A stretch of 64,000 nucleotides of DNA. Origin: Vitrella brassicaformis CCMP3155. Lineage: Eukaryota > Protista > Chromerida. Each line of letters begins with the position of its first letter. Position 1 is the stretch's first letter. The stretch is from positions 76,558 to 140,557 of the forward strand of contig CDMY01000274.1 of NCBI GenBank assembly GCA_001179505.1. The letters are read 5' to 3'. The notes below the pieces were generated by a model. That model did not search any database. It was not told where the DNA came from and saw only the letters and a list, made by a program, of their open reading frames with translations. Positions 13,156-25,823 of the stretch are shown piece after piece. Both the position numbers and the translations under genes were made by a program.

Positions 13156-14612
13156 AGTCGCATATGGCCGCTCATCGAGTCGGCATTGGCAGACCTCAAC
13201 AATCGCACGGACGTCTTGCCGGGCCACCACCTGGTTCTCGAGCCCGTCAGGCCGGCCAAGTGCCAGATCGGTGAGGGAGGTGCACAGTGTGCTGCACGGA
13301 GGCAGACAACAGACAGAGACCCGACACAATTAGGGACACTTCACTGAATGTCTGATGGATGGATGGATGGATGTGTCTGTGCCGATTGGTGACTGCAGAT
13401 AACGTGGCCAACGCGGCAGTGGCGGCCTTCAAGAATGGGTGTGTGGGCTGGGCAGGGCAGGTGGTGACCTGCATTGCATGCCATCCATGTGTGGTCGGAC
13501 GGACGTATCCGTTGTGCTGCTGTTGTGTTTTGGCATGTATGTATGCAGCCCGACCAAGGTTGGCGTCATCGGCGACAACTGCCCGTACAAGACGATTCAA
13601 AGGATCGCTGCAGAATTATTGTGCTGTACGTCACTCACGTGCCTTTGTTTGTCCATTGATGCAGCGTGGGCTGTTCCGTCATCAGCCCGATAGCCCGAGC
13701 GCTCAATGTGCTCGTCAAGGTGACCTGAATGGATTATGGATGGATACCCCTTTAATCCACCAGCCATCCAGGCATCCATTTGTCCCTTCTTCCCTTCTTG
13801 CTTTCAGAGCCCCTACTGCGCCGACACGACTGTCTACCCCTACCTGACCAAGATGCCACCCGACGCAAACAGTGTAAGTGTAAGTGTAGTGTTGGTTTGT
13901 CGTGCATCGGTCGTTTGGTGTCCGTGCGTCACGCGTGTGTGTGTGTGTGTCAGAAAGTGGGTATCGTCAAGGGTATGGTCAGGACATTCGCGTGGACCAG
14001 GTTCTTCTGGCTCGTCCAGGTGGGCCGGCCGATGAATGAGTAGACACACACACACACACACATCCATATGGGTCAATCCACGTATAATATGTGTCAGGAG
14101 GATCCCTTCATGCTAGAGCTGGCAGCCAGCGTCAAAGCCTCCCTGGTCGAGTATGACGACCACGACATGGGCACCTGGACGGTCAAGGTATCCACTGCTT
14201 GACTGCACCGCACCTAACGTGGTGGAAATCTCTTGCCGATGACCTACCCTTGTGTGTCTCCTTCACGTATGCAGTCGCCATCGCAAGTCGACGGGCTGAT
14301 AGACGAGCTGGTGCAGCAGCGGCCCCGCGTCATCATCACGGCGTGGTTCACCACACTGGGCTCCAACTTCAACTGCGCACTCGTCAGCCAGCCCAGCCAG
14401 CCAGCCCAGCCCCCATGAGACACAAGAGACATTATCGACATTCGCATGCGCACTGTGCCCAAATGTGTGCAGGCCAAGCGGGGTTATTTCGCCAACAACA
14501 CCCGTGTGGTGCTCATCAGCCTACAGGCTCCCGGGGATGCCACAGAGCAGACCGACTGCAGCCAAGCGCAGATCGACAGTGTGCGTCCGTGTCTCCTTGG
14601 CGCGCTGGCCTG

Positions 14613-14649
<37 letters not shown>

Positions 14650-17600
14650 CATTCTCCCTCTCTGTGTGTGTGTGCGGGTGTGCGGGTGTCTGCAGGTGAT
14701 GCCCTTCTACCTGGACATCGATCCGGGTACCTGGCACTATGGGGGGCCGCCACACGCGGTCTCTAACAGGACTGCTCGAGAGGTGAGAAGAACTGTGCGT
14801 CTCTGTGTCTGTCTGTGTGTGTGCTGGTTGACAGCCAGTGTGGTGTGTGATGACGCCTGCAGGTGTACGACGAGTACGTGCTGTCGTGCATCACGGCTGG
14901 CTCCGCCCGCTGCGCCACACAGGCCTCGGCATTCTTCTACGACACCGTCTGGTGGGCATGGTTGCATCACAAACAGATACACATACACACAAAGAGAGAC
15001 AGAGACAGAGACAGAGAGAGAATGTATGGTCACTCATCAGGGAGTGGGCGCGAGTTCTCGATGCATGGTTCCGGGACGGAGGCACACTGCAGCAGCTGGT
15101 CTGTTGCCACGTGTGGGCTCATGGATGGATGGATGGATGGAAGTGTGGATGTCGGGTGCAGGAGGAGCCGACGAACAGCACGTTGGAATGGCTGTGGCAA
15201 GAAAGCCTCAAGGCCGACTACTGGGGCGTGACCGGCTACGTGCGCTTCACACCTCGTACCGCCAGCAGGATCGGCAGCTACTTCATCGTCCAAACACAGG
15301 CAAGCAACTCACACGCCACTGAGGTCGCCTCGTCAGTCACGTCTCTCTGCGTGTGTCCCTTTTTATGTGTGTGTATGGGAAAAGGGCGCCACACGGGCGA
15401 CGGTCAAGCTGGCAAAGTACACAGACGATGGCGGCCTCCAGTGGGACGCGAGCGCCCCCGTCGTGTGGCCCGGCCCGGAGGGCAGAGTCACCTACCCCGG
15501 CCGACCACGCACAAGGCGGCGGAAAGAGGTCAGCGGCATCAGTTCAATTCCGCCCGACTGCCCGGCCGGACGATACGTCAACACACTGGTACTCAGCCAT
15601 CCATCCATCCATCCGTCCGTGAGACACATGTCTGTCTGTCTGTGTGTGTGTGTGTTTTGTGTGTTGTGTGTTGTGTGTTGTGTGTCTGTGTCTGTGGCTG
15701 TGGTTGTAGGGTCAGTGTGTGGAGTGTGATGTGGGGACGGTGAGCTCGGTCCCGAATCAGCTCAGCTGTGTGCCGTGCCGTGAGGGGTTCTTCCAGAACT
15801 CGACGGGGCAGACCGACTGTGACGTCTGCCAGGTCAGGCGGGCGGTGTCAGTCAGGTTGTCTTATCGATCCTGCTTAGTTAGCTGCTGCCCAAATGCTTC
15901 CTCGGTTGGCAGATGGGGCACTTCTCCGGCAGCCAGGCCGCCGAATGCACCCCCTGTAGGTCAGTGAGGAAGGAGACACACACACACAACACACACACAC
16001 ACACAGAGAGAGAGACACACATCGACACAATTCATCCATCCATCCATTCATCCATCCATCCATCCATGTGTGTGTTGGGTGTGGTGTTGATCGTCAGCCC
16101 AGGGTCGTACCAGGACCTGCCTGGCCAATCGGAGTGCCAGTCCTGTCCCCCTGGCTCCTTCTCCCAGGCCGGGGGCGCCAGTGAGTGCGATCTGTGCCCC
16201 TACGGCACCTTCCAGTCGGCGGCCAACTCGACCCACTGCCTCTCCTGCCCCGTCAGCAAGACGACCCTCAGCAGGGGCGAGCGTCAGATGGGCAACTGCA
16301 CCTGTGCGGAGGGGAGCTACCTGGACATCAGCAGCAACAGATGCACTTGTACGTGGGTAGGACAGCAGTCAGCCGACGACCGACAGCACAGCTAGCTGCC
16401 CATCATATCAGCCACACAGCTGTTCAGGCTGCCATGGATTGATGTGTGTGTGTGTGTGTGTGTTGGGTGGCGCAGCATGTCACGGCCGCGAGGGCCTGCA
16501 ATGTCCCGGCTCGCATTCGTATGACCTGCCATTGGTGGAGCGGGTGCGTCGCTTATCGACCGAGACAAACACAGAGCGGTGAACGGTCCATCCCCTTAAT
16601 TGTTCGTGTGTGTGTGAACGCATCCGCTCAGAATTACTGGGCGGCCGAGGTGATTGACAAGTCGTCCTTCAGCGGCCTCGAGATATTCCGGTGCCTGGAG
16701 ATCGACGCCTGCCCTGGTACGGCAACCCACCGACATAGTCAGTGGATTGCATGTGGTGCTGTTTGGCAGGTGGCAGCCCGGACCCCTTGCTGGCGGGTGT
16801 GATGCCCATGTGCGACGAAGGGCGAGAGGGCATCTCGTGCTCGTAGGCTGGCCGGACTGGACTGACAGCAGGGGGGCTGGGCACGAGAGAAGGAGAGAAG
16901 CACGCCCCTCTCTCTTGTCTGTGTGGACTGGACGTACGTGTGGGTGTGTAGGTTGTGTGTGGATGGGTACTACAAGACCAACAAGCAGTGCCGCAAGTGC
17001 GACAGCAGGCACGGCACGCCCCCCATGCTCATCACGGTGCTCCTGTTGCTGCTCGCGGGGGCGCTCTTCCACATACTCGTCAACGCACCACAGACCAGAA
17101 AGGTCGGAGATATACATAGGGCGAGGGAGGGAGAGGGAGTTTCTCTCTCTGTGTGTGTGTGTGTGCAGTTGGCAGTGACGCTGAACATTTCGCTCACGCT
17201 GGGGATGCTCGTCAACTTTATGCAGAACCTCACCGTCGTACGCACACACAGAGACCATCAACAGAGAGACAGAGAGAGAGACAGAGAGAGAGACAATGGG
17301 TTAAGGTTGGCCGTGGTGTGTGTGGATGTGTGTGTGTGTGTGTGTATGTGTGTGCTGCACAGATCGGCACCTTTACCATTGCCTACCCGGAGTACGTCCA
17401 CGTCCTCTTCGAGTTCACTTCTGTCTTCCGTACGTCACGCCAACACACACACACACCACACACCTTTGGTGACACGTGTGTGCAGTGCTGGACATCCAGT
17501 GGATTCGTACGGGCTGCATCCTGGGCAATGCCCCGGTGTTCGACTACGTCCTCAGGCAGATCTTCCCTCTCTTTCTGGTAGCCATCTTCCTCTCCCTGTG

Positions 17601-18811
17601 GGCCGTCTGCAAGGCTCTCAAACTCGCCGGAGTCATTCCTGGTCAGCCACGCCACACACAACCATCGCATAGACGGATGGATGGATGAATGGATGGATGG
17701 ACGCAGTGCCCACCGTCGAGGAAGGCCCCAGCGGTGTCTACGTCGGCAAGCGCTCCTCCCTCACCCGCTTCATGTTTCGCATGGTCAACAGGGAGAACCT
17801 TCGCGACGCACTGTCGGAGTTCGCCGAGAGCCGCCGACGGCAGGGATACATTGCCGGCAGCACAAGGGGCGATGACAGAGAGAGTGTCCGGGGCAGTGTC
17901 CGGGACGACTCCACTGAGTGCCCTGATAGCCCTGTCAGCCCGTTCAAGCGAGACACTGGGTCCATCGAGGGCAGCACTTTGGCGATGGTAAGCGACCTGC
18001 TGCAGCACACAGAGGCCGATCAGCAACAGCAGCAGCAGCAGCAGCAGGGGGATGACATGACTGACCAGAAACAACAGTACCAGCCGGGCAAAGAGACGAC
18101 GGGCTTTGACAAGGTAAGCCGAGAGAGAGAAGATGGGACGGGAGGGGAGGCGAAGCAAGATGGTTGGACTGTGTGTACCTCTCTGCTCACCATCAGCAGC
18201 AGCAGCAGCGTAAGCAGCTGAGGATCAGCCCTGCCGCGGCAGACAACACCACCGACGGCACGGGTGGCGGCCCCAAGAAGTCTCCGAAAAGGGGCTTGAC
18301 AAGGGCGGTGACGGCCATGAAGCTGCACGTCAAGGAAATGATCGAGTCCGACGTACGCAAGCATGATCCATGGCATACACGCGGCACCACCCACCTGTGT
18401 ACAAACGCCTCTCTCTCTCTCTGTGTGTGTCCGTGTCTGGTATGGTGCATGCAGATAACGAGTTTCGACAAGTTTCACAACAGCATCGGGCTGATGACAC
18501 TCATCCTATACGTGTCATTCGTCAACAATGTCTGCAAAGCCTTCCAGGTGAAAAACTGACTGACGCCCATAGAACCTTCCACTACACAGTCACCAGATCG
18601 GTCAGCCCTTTGTGGCTGCGTATGTATGTGTGTGCAGTGCTACATCCACCCGAGCGGCCGTCGGACTCTGCTGGCGTACCCGAGTGTGCTGTGCGATAGC
18701 GACCAATGGCGACACGTCTTTCTTCCACTCGGCCTGCTGGGGCTCTGTGTCTATGTGGTTGGCCAGTCAGCTGGCACACTGAAAAGACAGCCGGCGGGAG
18801 GTGTCGAGATG

Positions 18812-18848
<37 letters not shown>

Positions 18849-21180
18849 TGGCTGTGGTTGTTGTGCAGATCGGTGTGTATGTGTTCTTTTCTTACACGTC
18901 CATCATGGCCCCATTTCGGTTCCACAGCGCGTCCTTCAGGACACGATTCAGATTCCTCGTCTTTCGGTAGGTGAGCCCTTCCTTAGGCACCAACCACACA
19001 CACACACACACACACAGCCGGCGGGTATGCACTCTCTTTCTCTGTCTCTTTCTGGTTGCAGGTTTCGGCCCGATGTGTACTGGTATGTATGTGTTTGCAC
19101 GCAGGCCACTTCCGTGTCTCCTGCCTGATGCCCTGCGTGCGTGGTGTGTGTGTGGGTGTGGGTGTGGGTGTGGGTGTGGGTGTGTGCAGGTGGGGGGCGT
19201 TGCTGATGCTGAGGAATCTGCTCATCGCCACTGTCACCGCAATGACGCCCAACGATGGACAGTCAGCCAGCGAGACACCACACCACACACAGAGAGACCT
19301 GTGTATTGGCGTGTTGGTGTCTTCGGTGCAGTGTCCAGGTTCTGGTGACGCTCACGATCCTGATCATCTCCATGGCCCTCCAGGCGAGCACTGCAACACC
19401 CACTCACACACACGCACTTTATTACGTGGATGTGTGTGACGTGCAGGCGTACTTCTGGCCGTGGTTCAGCACAGAGAACAACAGTGAGGCGGGGAGGGAC
19501 GGAGGGAGAGAGGGAGGGAGGAAAGACACGGAGTGCCACTGTCTCATGCTACAGAGAGCCACTTGAATGATTCTCGTGCAAGTCCTACTCTCTGTATCTT
19601 GTGTCTGTAGTTCTGGACATTATGTTGCTGCTGGGGCTGGCCATCATGTGTGTGGCCGGCAGCTACTTCATCGGACGCTCTGACGAAGTGGGCGAGTGGG
19701 AGACACAGAGAGAGAGGAGATCGAGCGCCTTCCGACGGACTGATGGATGTCTGTCTGTCTGTGTGCTTTGCTTAGAATGAGGCGTTCTTTGCGGCCGTGT
19801 TGGTGCTGACCATCTTCCTGAGCGTCTTCTCTGTCGTCTTGTCGGTGGTGCTGCCCCTCCTCGTGGCCAGCCATCCGACACTCAAGGACCGCCACCACAG
19901 GAGAAACAAAAAACTCGCACTCGACATGAAAATCGTCAGTCAGGGACACACAGACAGACAGACAGACAGACAGACACACAGACAGACAGAGATGCACTCG
20001 TGAATTAAGGCTGTCTGTCTTACAACATGTGTGTGCTGCGCTATATATAGCTGGGTTACTGCCTGTCCAACACGTCCCGGAAGGCTCTTGAGGCCGACAT
20101 CGCCGCCATCCCAGCATCAGACAAGTCCAAGCTGCACAGCACCATAGAAATGCTCAAGGTATGCAAGCATACCGGCAAGAGAGAGAGAGAGAGAGAGTGG
20201 CGTATCCATCTCACCATGGTGTGGATGCAGCTGGAGGTGGTTGAGCGGTCGGCATACATCAAGGCCCTCGAACACGTCTTCGGCAAAGGCGCGTGGGGCT
20301 GGGGATGGATGGATGGATGGTCCATGCAGTGCCTTCGTTCGTTGCATTGGAGTGTGCAGGCAGCGACACGATCCCCGAGGAAGAAATGCTCAAGGAGTTC
20401 GGCATCGGAATGCGATTTAGCAAGTAACTCGGTGTCTCCCTCCCTCCCTCCCTCCCTCCCTGTCTCCCTGTCTCCCTCCCCCCCTCCCTGTCTCCCTGTC
20501 TGTCTGTCTCCCTGTCTGTCTGTCTGCCTTCACCTGTGTTGCAATGTCTGCAGGCGTCTGTCCGTCAAGGAGACTGCCTTGAGTGAGGAGCTCGTCGCAT
20601 CAACCATACAGAACTTCATCCAAGAAAGGTAATCTCGGGTCGGCCCTACCAAAAAGCGACAACAGTTTGAGTGCATCCATGTCTGCAGGCGCAGCTCCTT
20701 GGCTGTGTGTCCCGACCCGCAGCGGCCGGGCACCCGCCGCAGCTCCCTGCAGCTGAGCATCCCGGAGCAGTACTCGGCTGAACAGCTCGAAGGCGGCGAC
20801 CCCAACCAGCTCAGCCCACCGCAGGGTAGACGGACAAGCGGCTCCAGCATGAGCAGCCCGTCTGTGCGGCTGAGTGTGCCTCGCGACCACCAAGAGACAG
20901 AGAACGACGTGGCCACAGACAAGGACTTAAGGTAGGAGTCGGCTGCGTACCGTCTGTGGGCGTCGTAGCTGTCTGTCTGTCTGCCTGTCTGCCTGCCTGC
21001 CTGCCTGTCTGTGTGTGTGTGTGTAGGTTTGCTGCTGAGGGTGCGTTCTCCCACCCTCCGCCCTATGATAGTGGAGATGACGATGGTGCTGAGGTGGCTG
21101 CTGATGATGCACTTGTAGGGAAACGCAGTAGCTTCCCCGTCGTGAGCTGGACGGATGAGGACCTAGAAGGACAGAGATGA
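12893..21180 (+). CDS. Receptor-like membrane protein: signal peptide + Venus-flytrap (ANF-receptor/PBP type 1) domain + GCC2/GCC3 Cys-rich repeats + multipass CRMP/TRP-like domain
   Basis: MTMARTTSLIVAVSQLKPSSALLLALIVSLV; IESALADLNNRTDVLPGHHLVLE; YWGVTGYVRF; repeats CVPCREGFFQNSTGQTDCDVC and CQSCPPGSFSQAGGASECDLCPYGTFQ; CDEGREGISCSLCVDGYYK; membrane motifs FRFLVFRFRPDVYWWGALLMLRNLL and AYFWPWFSTENN..LD. Some internal exon boundaries uncertain. Confidence 0.8.
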
Positions 21181-21816
21181 TTGACAGGCGACCGAGAGAG
21201 GCCGACAGGCAGACAGACAGACAGATAGACAGGGTCTTGGCTTGGGGTCTGTTTGAAGTGTCAGTGACGGTGGTGGGGTGGGGTGTAGGGAAGGGAAGGC
21301 TGCTTGCCCTGCTCAACATATATACATACATGTGAGAACACCCGCCAGCCGGCCATCCTGATGGATGGATGGATGCAGTCGTGTACGTCTTTCGGTGTCT
21401 CTGGGGATGGATGACGACCGATGCATCACAGACACACAGACAAGACACGAAGAAAGAATTCTGTCCGTCCGTCCGTCCCTTGTCCGTCTGTCTGTCTAGC
21501 ATTCATTAGTCTGTCTGCACCCGCTCCGCCGATATACACACACACACACACCTGCGACGACACTGAAGGAATGCAATAATGCGACAATACACACACATAC
21601 GCATACGCACACGCGACGCGCACCAACTAGTTAGGCAAAAGCGGTACGTGTGCATCCGTCGAAGCATCCACGGCACCACACCACACCAAAACGTACACAC
21701 ACAGCGCAGCCCACTGTGTGTGGGCAAGCCTGCTAATTGGCCAGCCGCCCCGCCCCCAATTCAGCCAGCCAGCCAGCCCACGTATACACGTACCTACGCA
21801 CATACGCACAGACAGC

Positions 21817-22116
21817 NNNNNNNNNNNNNNNNNNNNNNNNNNNNNNNNNNNNNNNNNNNNNNNNNNNNNNNNNNNNNNNNNNNNNNNNNNNNNNNNNNNN
21901 NNNNNNNNNNNNNNNNNNNNNNNNNNNNNNNNNNNNNNNNNNNNNNNNNNNNNNNNNNNNNNNNNNNNNNNNNNNNNNNNNNNNNNNNNNNNNNNNNNNN
22001 NNNNNNNNNNNNNNNNNNNNNNNNNNNNNNNNNNNNNNNNNNNNNNNNNNNNNNNNNNNNNNNNNNNNNNNNNNNNNNNNNNNNNNNNNNNNNNNNNNNN
22101 NNNNNNNNNNNNNNNN
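21817..22116. other. Assembly gap (300 N)
   Basis: Run of exactly 300 N, followed by a C run. Confidence 1.
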
Positions 22117-22240
22117 CCCCCCCCCGCGGGCACCCACCCACTCCACCAAGCGACCCAGCCCTTTTTAGGCTGATCCTGATCCGGCCAGGCCATCTGTGGA
22201 CCTTGACATCCATCCATCCATCGGCCCATCAGCCCATCAC

Positions 22241-23969
22241 TCAGTCGGTTTGGTTGCCGTAGACGACAAAGAATGGGTTGAGTGTGTTCTCCTTGTTGTA
22301 CCGCACCGGCTCGCCCTCTTCACACGGGGAGCCGCCTGTCGCCTGCAAACAAACATATGCACACACGAGTGAGGTCTGCGTGTGCCTCACGTGTGTGGAC
22401 ATCGATTGTGTATTGGCTGTGTGTTTGCAATTGCGAGTGACCTGGACGACTCTGCCACCAGCCTCGTTGACGATGGCGTGGGCGGCGCAGGTGTCCCACT
22501 CACCTACAGGACGATACACACACACACGATAGAGGGATGGATGGACGGATGGCATCATTGCTTGTGCATGTGTGTGTTAGGTACACGTGGGTGCGAGTCG
22601 TGGGTAGACGTGAGCCGTGCCCTCAGCGACCAGCATCAGCTTGATCGACGAACTGATGCAGACAGACACACAACGACACATACACACACACACACACACA
22701 CAGACACACACATCCACGGTCTCAAGTGGCCGCCCCGCCCCCCGCCGCTCATCACGCTGTCTACAGTCCTCACTCACTGACCCGAGCGATATGAGTGTGG
22801 GGTTTTTGTACTTGCTGATGAACTCCTGGGTCTCGGGCGTGTTGTGCGACCGCGACGCCACGATGGTGAGGCCCTCGTCGGCCTTGCTGAAGGTCGCCGC
22901 CTGGATCTTCCTGACCTCGTCGTTCTCCTCCTTGTAGGCACCTGACATGCACGGACGACGACAGACACAGACGGAGATCCCCACCAAGCTTCCACAGTGG
23001 GAGCTCCGTGTGTCTGTGTGTGTGCATGTTGTGCGTACCGAGCCCCTCTGCGGCCCAGTAAGCGATGCCCTGTGCCGGGATGGTCACCACCCCAGCGATG
23101 GGCGTGGGGCCTTTGCAGATGCCGATGTTGACCGTGAACTGACCGTTGCCTAAACACACACACACACACACACGCGCATGAGAAAGCATGAATCACACGT
23201 GTGCGAAAAGCTGTCCGTCGATTGCCTACTGACGTTTGATGAACTCTTTGGTTCCATCAAGTGGGTCGACGCAGAAGTAGTACTCCCAGTTCTTGCGCTC
23301 CTCGTAGGCCAGTTTCTCGTTCTCCTCGCTGACGATGGGCACATTGGGGTAGAGGGTCGCCAGCGCCTCACAGATGACCTTGTTGGCCTCCCTGTCGGCG
23401 GCCGTCAGGGGCGAGCTGTCGCTCTTCATCTCGACCTCCCATTTGTCCTTCTCGCCCTCGTAAATGGCCATGATGGCCGCACCAGCACGCTTGGCTATCT
23501 TGACGATCTCAAGCACGTCCACCAATGTGCTCCCGCACTGCACCTTCATCGTCGACAGCGCCAGGAAATCGCTCGTCGTGATCCCCGTGTTGGGCGCCGG
23601 GTAGCTCTTGGCCGAAACAACGGTGGATGATGAGGGGGTGGCCGATGGTTGTGCAGCAGCTGTCTGTGAAGGGGCCTCTGATGCGGGAGTCGGCATCAAT
23701 GGACGCGCGAGGGGCTGGAAGAGCGCAGCAGCCTCGGGGAGCAGGGCGCTTTGACACAAAAGCCGACGGCGGTGGGGCGCTTGGGTGTCCTGGCAAGAGG
23801 GGATCTCCCGGCGTCTGCTCCTGCTGCTGCTGCTCCTGCTGCTGCCTGTGGTGGAGAGAGCGGCAGACGGCCTCGGCAGCACCGAGACGAGGAGAAGGGC
23901 GACGATTCGGGCTGAGGCGGCTGCTCCACGGCGAGGCGATGACAGGTTTGAAAGAGGTGCCCAATGCAT
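22241..23969 (-). CDS. cysQ: 3'(2'),5'-bisphosphate nucleotidase (inositol monophosphatase family) with long N-terminal leader
   Basis: EMKSDSSPLTAADREAN; PIVSEE; FCVDPLDGTKEFIKR|NGQFTVNIG; VASRSH; GSSIKLMLVAEGTAHVYPRLAPTC|EWDTCAAHAIVNEAGG; RYNKENTLNPFF. Confidence 0.95.
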
Positions 23970-24141
23970 AAGCAATGCGCGGCGTTGGGGGTGAGATCTG
24001 TCAAGGCTAAGCTTGCAAGAGGCGCTTCCAGCTGCAGTCGGCGCTTGGCGACTTCGAGTGACGCCCACACCCATCGCTGTAGTGTTTTTGTGAGCAACGA
24101 AGAGGCAGCCATTTGATTGAGGCGTCAAAGCATCGCTGCTG

Positions 24142-25245
24142 ATGTGTGGTTCGGTGCCTGCTGAGCTGTGGCGCAGCGTTGTGCTGCCGTGCCTTCCCGT
24201 CTGTGAGCTTGTTGCCGCTCGAGCCACCGACAGATCACACGCAGCGGTGATCACGGCTGAGTTGCTTCTGCAGCGCATCGACGCCCTCCTCAGCCGCCAT
24301 GGACTCACTGGCCTTATCGACATCGACCGCACCACGCCCTCTCTCAATCAGCCCGGAGGCCTTATCGGCATGATTCTTGGCCTGCTGAGGACATGCACGG
24401 CTCAGCTGGCCGGCCGACGGCTGACGCGCTTCGGCTACTTGGTGCGATGCCTTTATGTGCTGGAGCAGGGGGGCAGTGAGTGGCGTGTGATGGGCATGGT
24501 TGTCCGGCTGGCCGCCATTTATTGGCTGACGCCCAACGGGCTGCCCTTGACCATGTGGGTGGCTCACCTGCACAGCAAGTCGGCCTTTGATTCGGTGCCA
24601 CTTGCCATGGCCATCTATCGGCTGATCGGACACCAACTGACATACAGAGGACAGCGCCTGGCGCTGCGGCGAGCCGCCAACGGAGAGTATCGGATCGGCG
24701 ATTGGTCGTTTCGGGTGGTGCCGTTGGGCGAGCTGCCGGCCGACCATCCCTACCGCAGCACATACAAGGAGAGCGACCCCGTCGTCCGGGACGACAGCTG
24801 GCTCCTCCGGTCCTCCACGGCATTCCTCACGTGGATGGTTCTGACATGGTGGCCTGGTCATGAGGGAGTGGACTACAAGGTCGTGTCGTGGGGATTCATT
24901 GGCCGTGACGACCCCCGCTATCAGAGGCTGCTGACAGCTGGCGACATCCCGGAGGAGCTGGGCATCACAGCCGACAACCGGACTGACGACGGGGACTTGA
25001 GTCGAGCGGATCCGATTGACTGTCGTTATGTGATTGTGAGCGGCTTCCGGCCGACCGACACAGTCGCTGCCTTTGTGCGGGTGGGGTGTGGGGGCGTCGG
25101 CCTGTTAACGACCGAGCCGGCTGCTGCTGGTGCGTCTGCCTCCCTCGATGAGATTTTCCCGGTGTCGATGCCCCGGTGGCGCAGTGTGCTGAAGCGCTTC
25201 GACCTGCAGAGTGACGTCATCGACAGAGGCCATGTGATGGTGTGA
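24142..25245 (+). CDS. Intronless lineage-specific family protein, copy A (367 aa, F-box-like N-terminus)
   Basis: Single ORF without microsatellite introns; clearly paralogous to 36652-37707, 62401-63525 and more distantly 30247-32025. Confidence 0.8.
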   Translation: MCGSVPAELWRSVVLPCLPVCELVAARATDRSHAAVITAELLLQRIDALLSRHGLTGLIDIDRTTPSLNQPGGLIGMILGLLRTCTAQLAGRRLTRFGYLVRCLYVLEQGGSEWRVMGMVVRLAAIYWLTPNGLPLTMWVAHLHSKSAFDSVPLAMAIYRLIGHQLTYRGQRLALRRAANGEYRIGDWSFRVVPLGELPADHPYRSTYKESDPVVRDDSWLLRSSTAFLTWMVLTWWPGHEGVDYKVVSWGFIGRDDPRYQRLLTAGDIPEELGITADNRTDDGDLSRADPIDCRYVIVSGFRPTDTVAAFVRVGCGGVGLLTTEPAAAGASASLDEIFPVSMPRWRSVLKRFDLQSDVIDRGHVMV

Positions 25246-25556
25246 CCGGTCCGACTGATGGCTGCGAGGCTCGCTCAGAACCGTAAGGACATTCTACACG
25301 TGTGATTGTGATAATATTTCAGCACTGCCTGCCTTGCCTGTTGAAGTGTGTTGTACTCGGACTGACGACTCTTCAGCCATCAAGCGAGCCATCATGACTG
25401 TCTATGGATCAATGTCCTGCGATGCGTGCGACCGATGCTGGTCAGTGCGATGCTATGCTTCCCTCTCTCCCTCCCTCCCTCGCTCCCCTTCGGTATATCT
25501 ATGGCCCATCAACCTGGCCCCTCAGATCAACGTAACAATGCACTCGTCGACCATCC

Positions 25557-25608
25557 ACATGTTGATGAAGCCAGGGAGAGACACATGTTGATGCAGCCAG
25601 GGAGAGAC
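25557..25608. repeat. 26-bp tandem duplication (1 mismatch)
   Basis: acatgttgatgaagccagggagagac followed by acatgttgatgcagccagggagagac. Confidence 0.85.
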
Positions 25609-25823
25609 AAAAATACTCAAAGCACAAAGCCTAAGATACACGGCGCAGCCAAGCTGCCCCCCCACCCTCGATGCGCAAAGATGGGAAATAACGCCATCCG
25701 CTGCATCGTTGCGTCCATCCATCCATCCATGAGGCCAGACACACGCAAATGAATACACACACGTACACGACACGAAGGAGGCAAAAAGACATTCGCTCAG
25801 CCGGCCACTCAAAATCCCTGACA

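Noticed and set aside
23970-24347. 5' extension of the 373-aa CysQ ORF overlapping copy A
   Set aside because: It is the antisense of copy A; the Met at 23969 gives a sensible leader.
24100-25330. Family genes as autonomous transposons
   Set aside because: No transposase, RT or integrase motifs, terminal inverted repeats, TSDs or poly(A) tails visible by eye.
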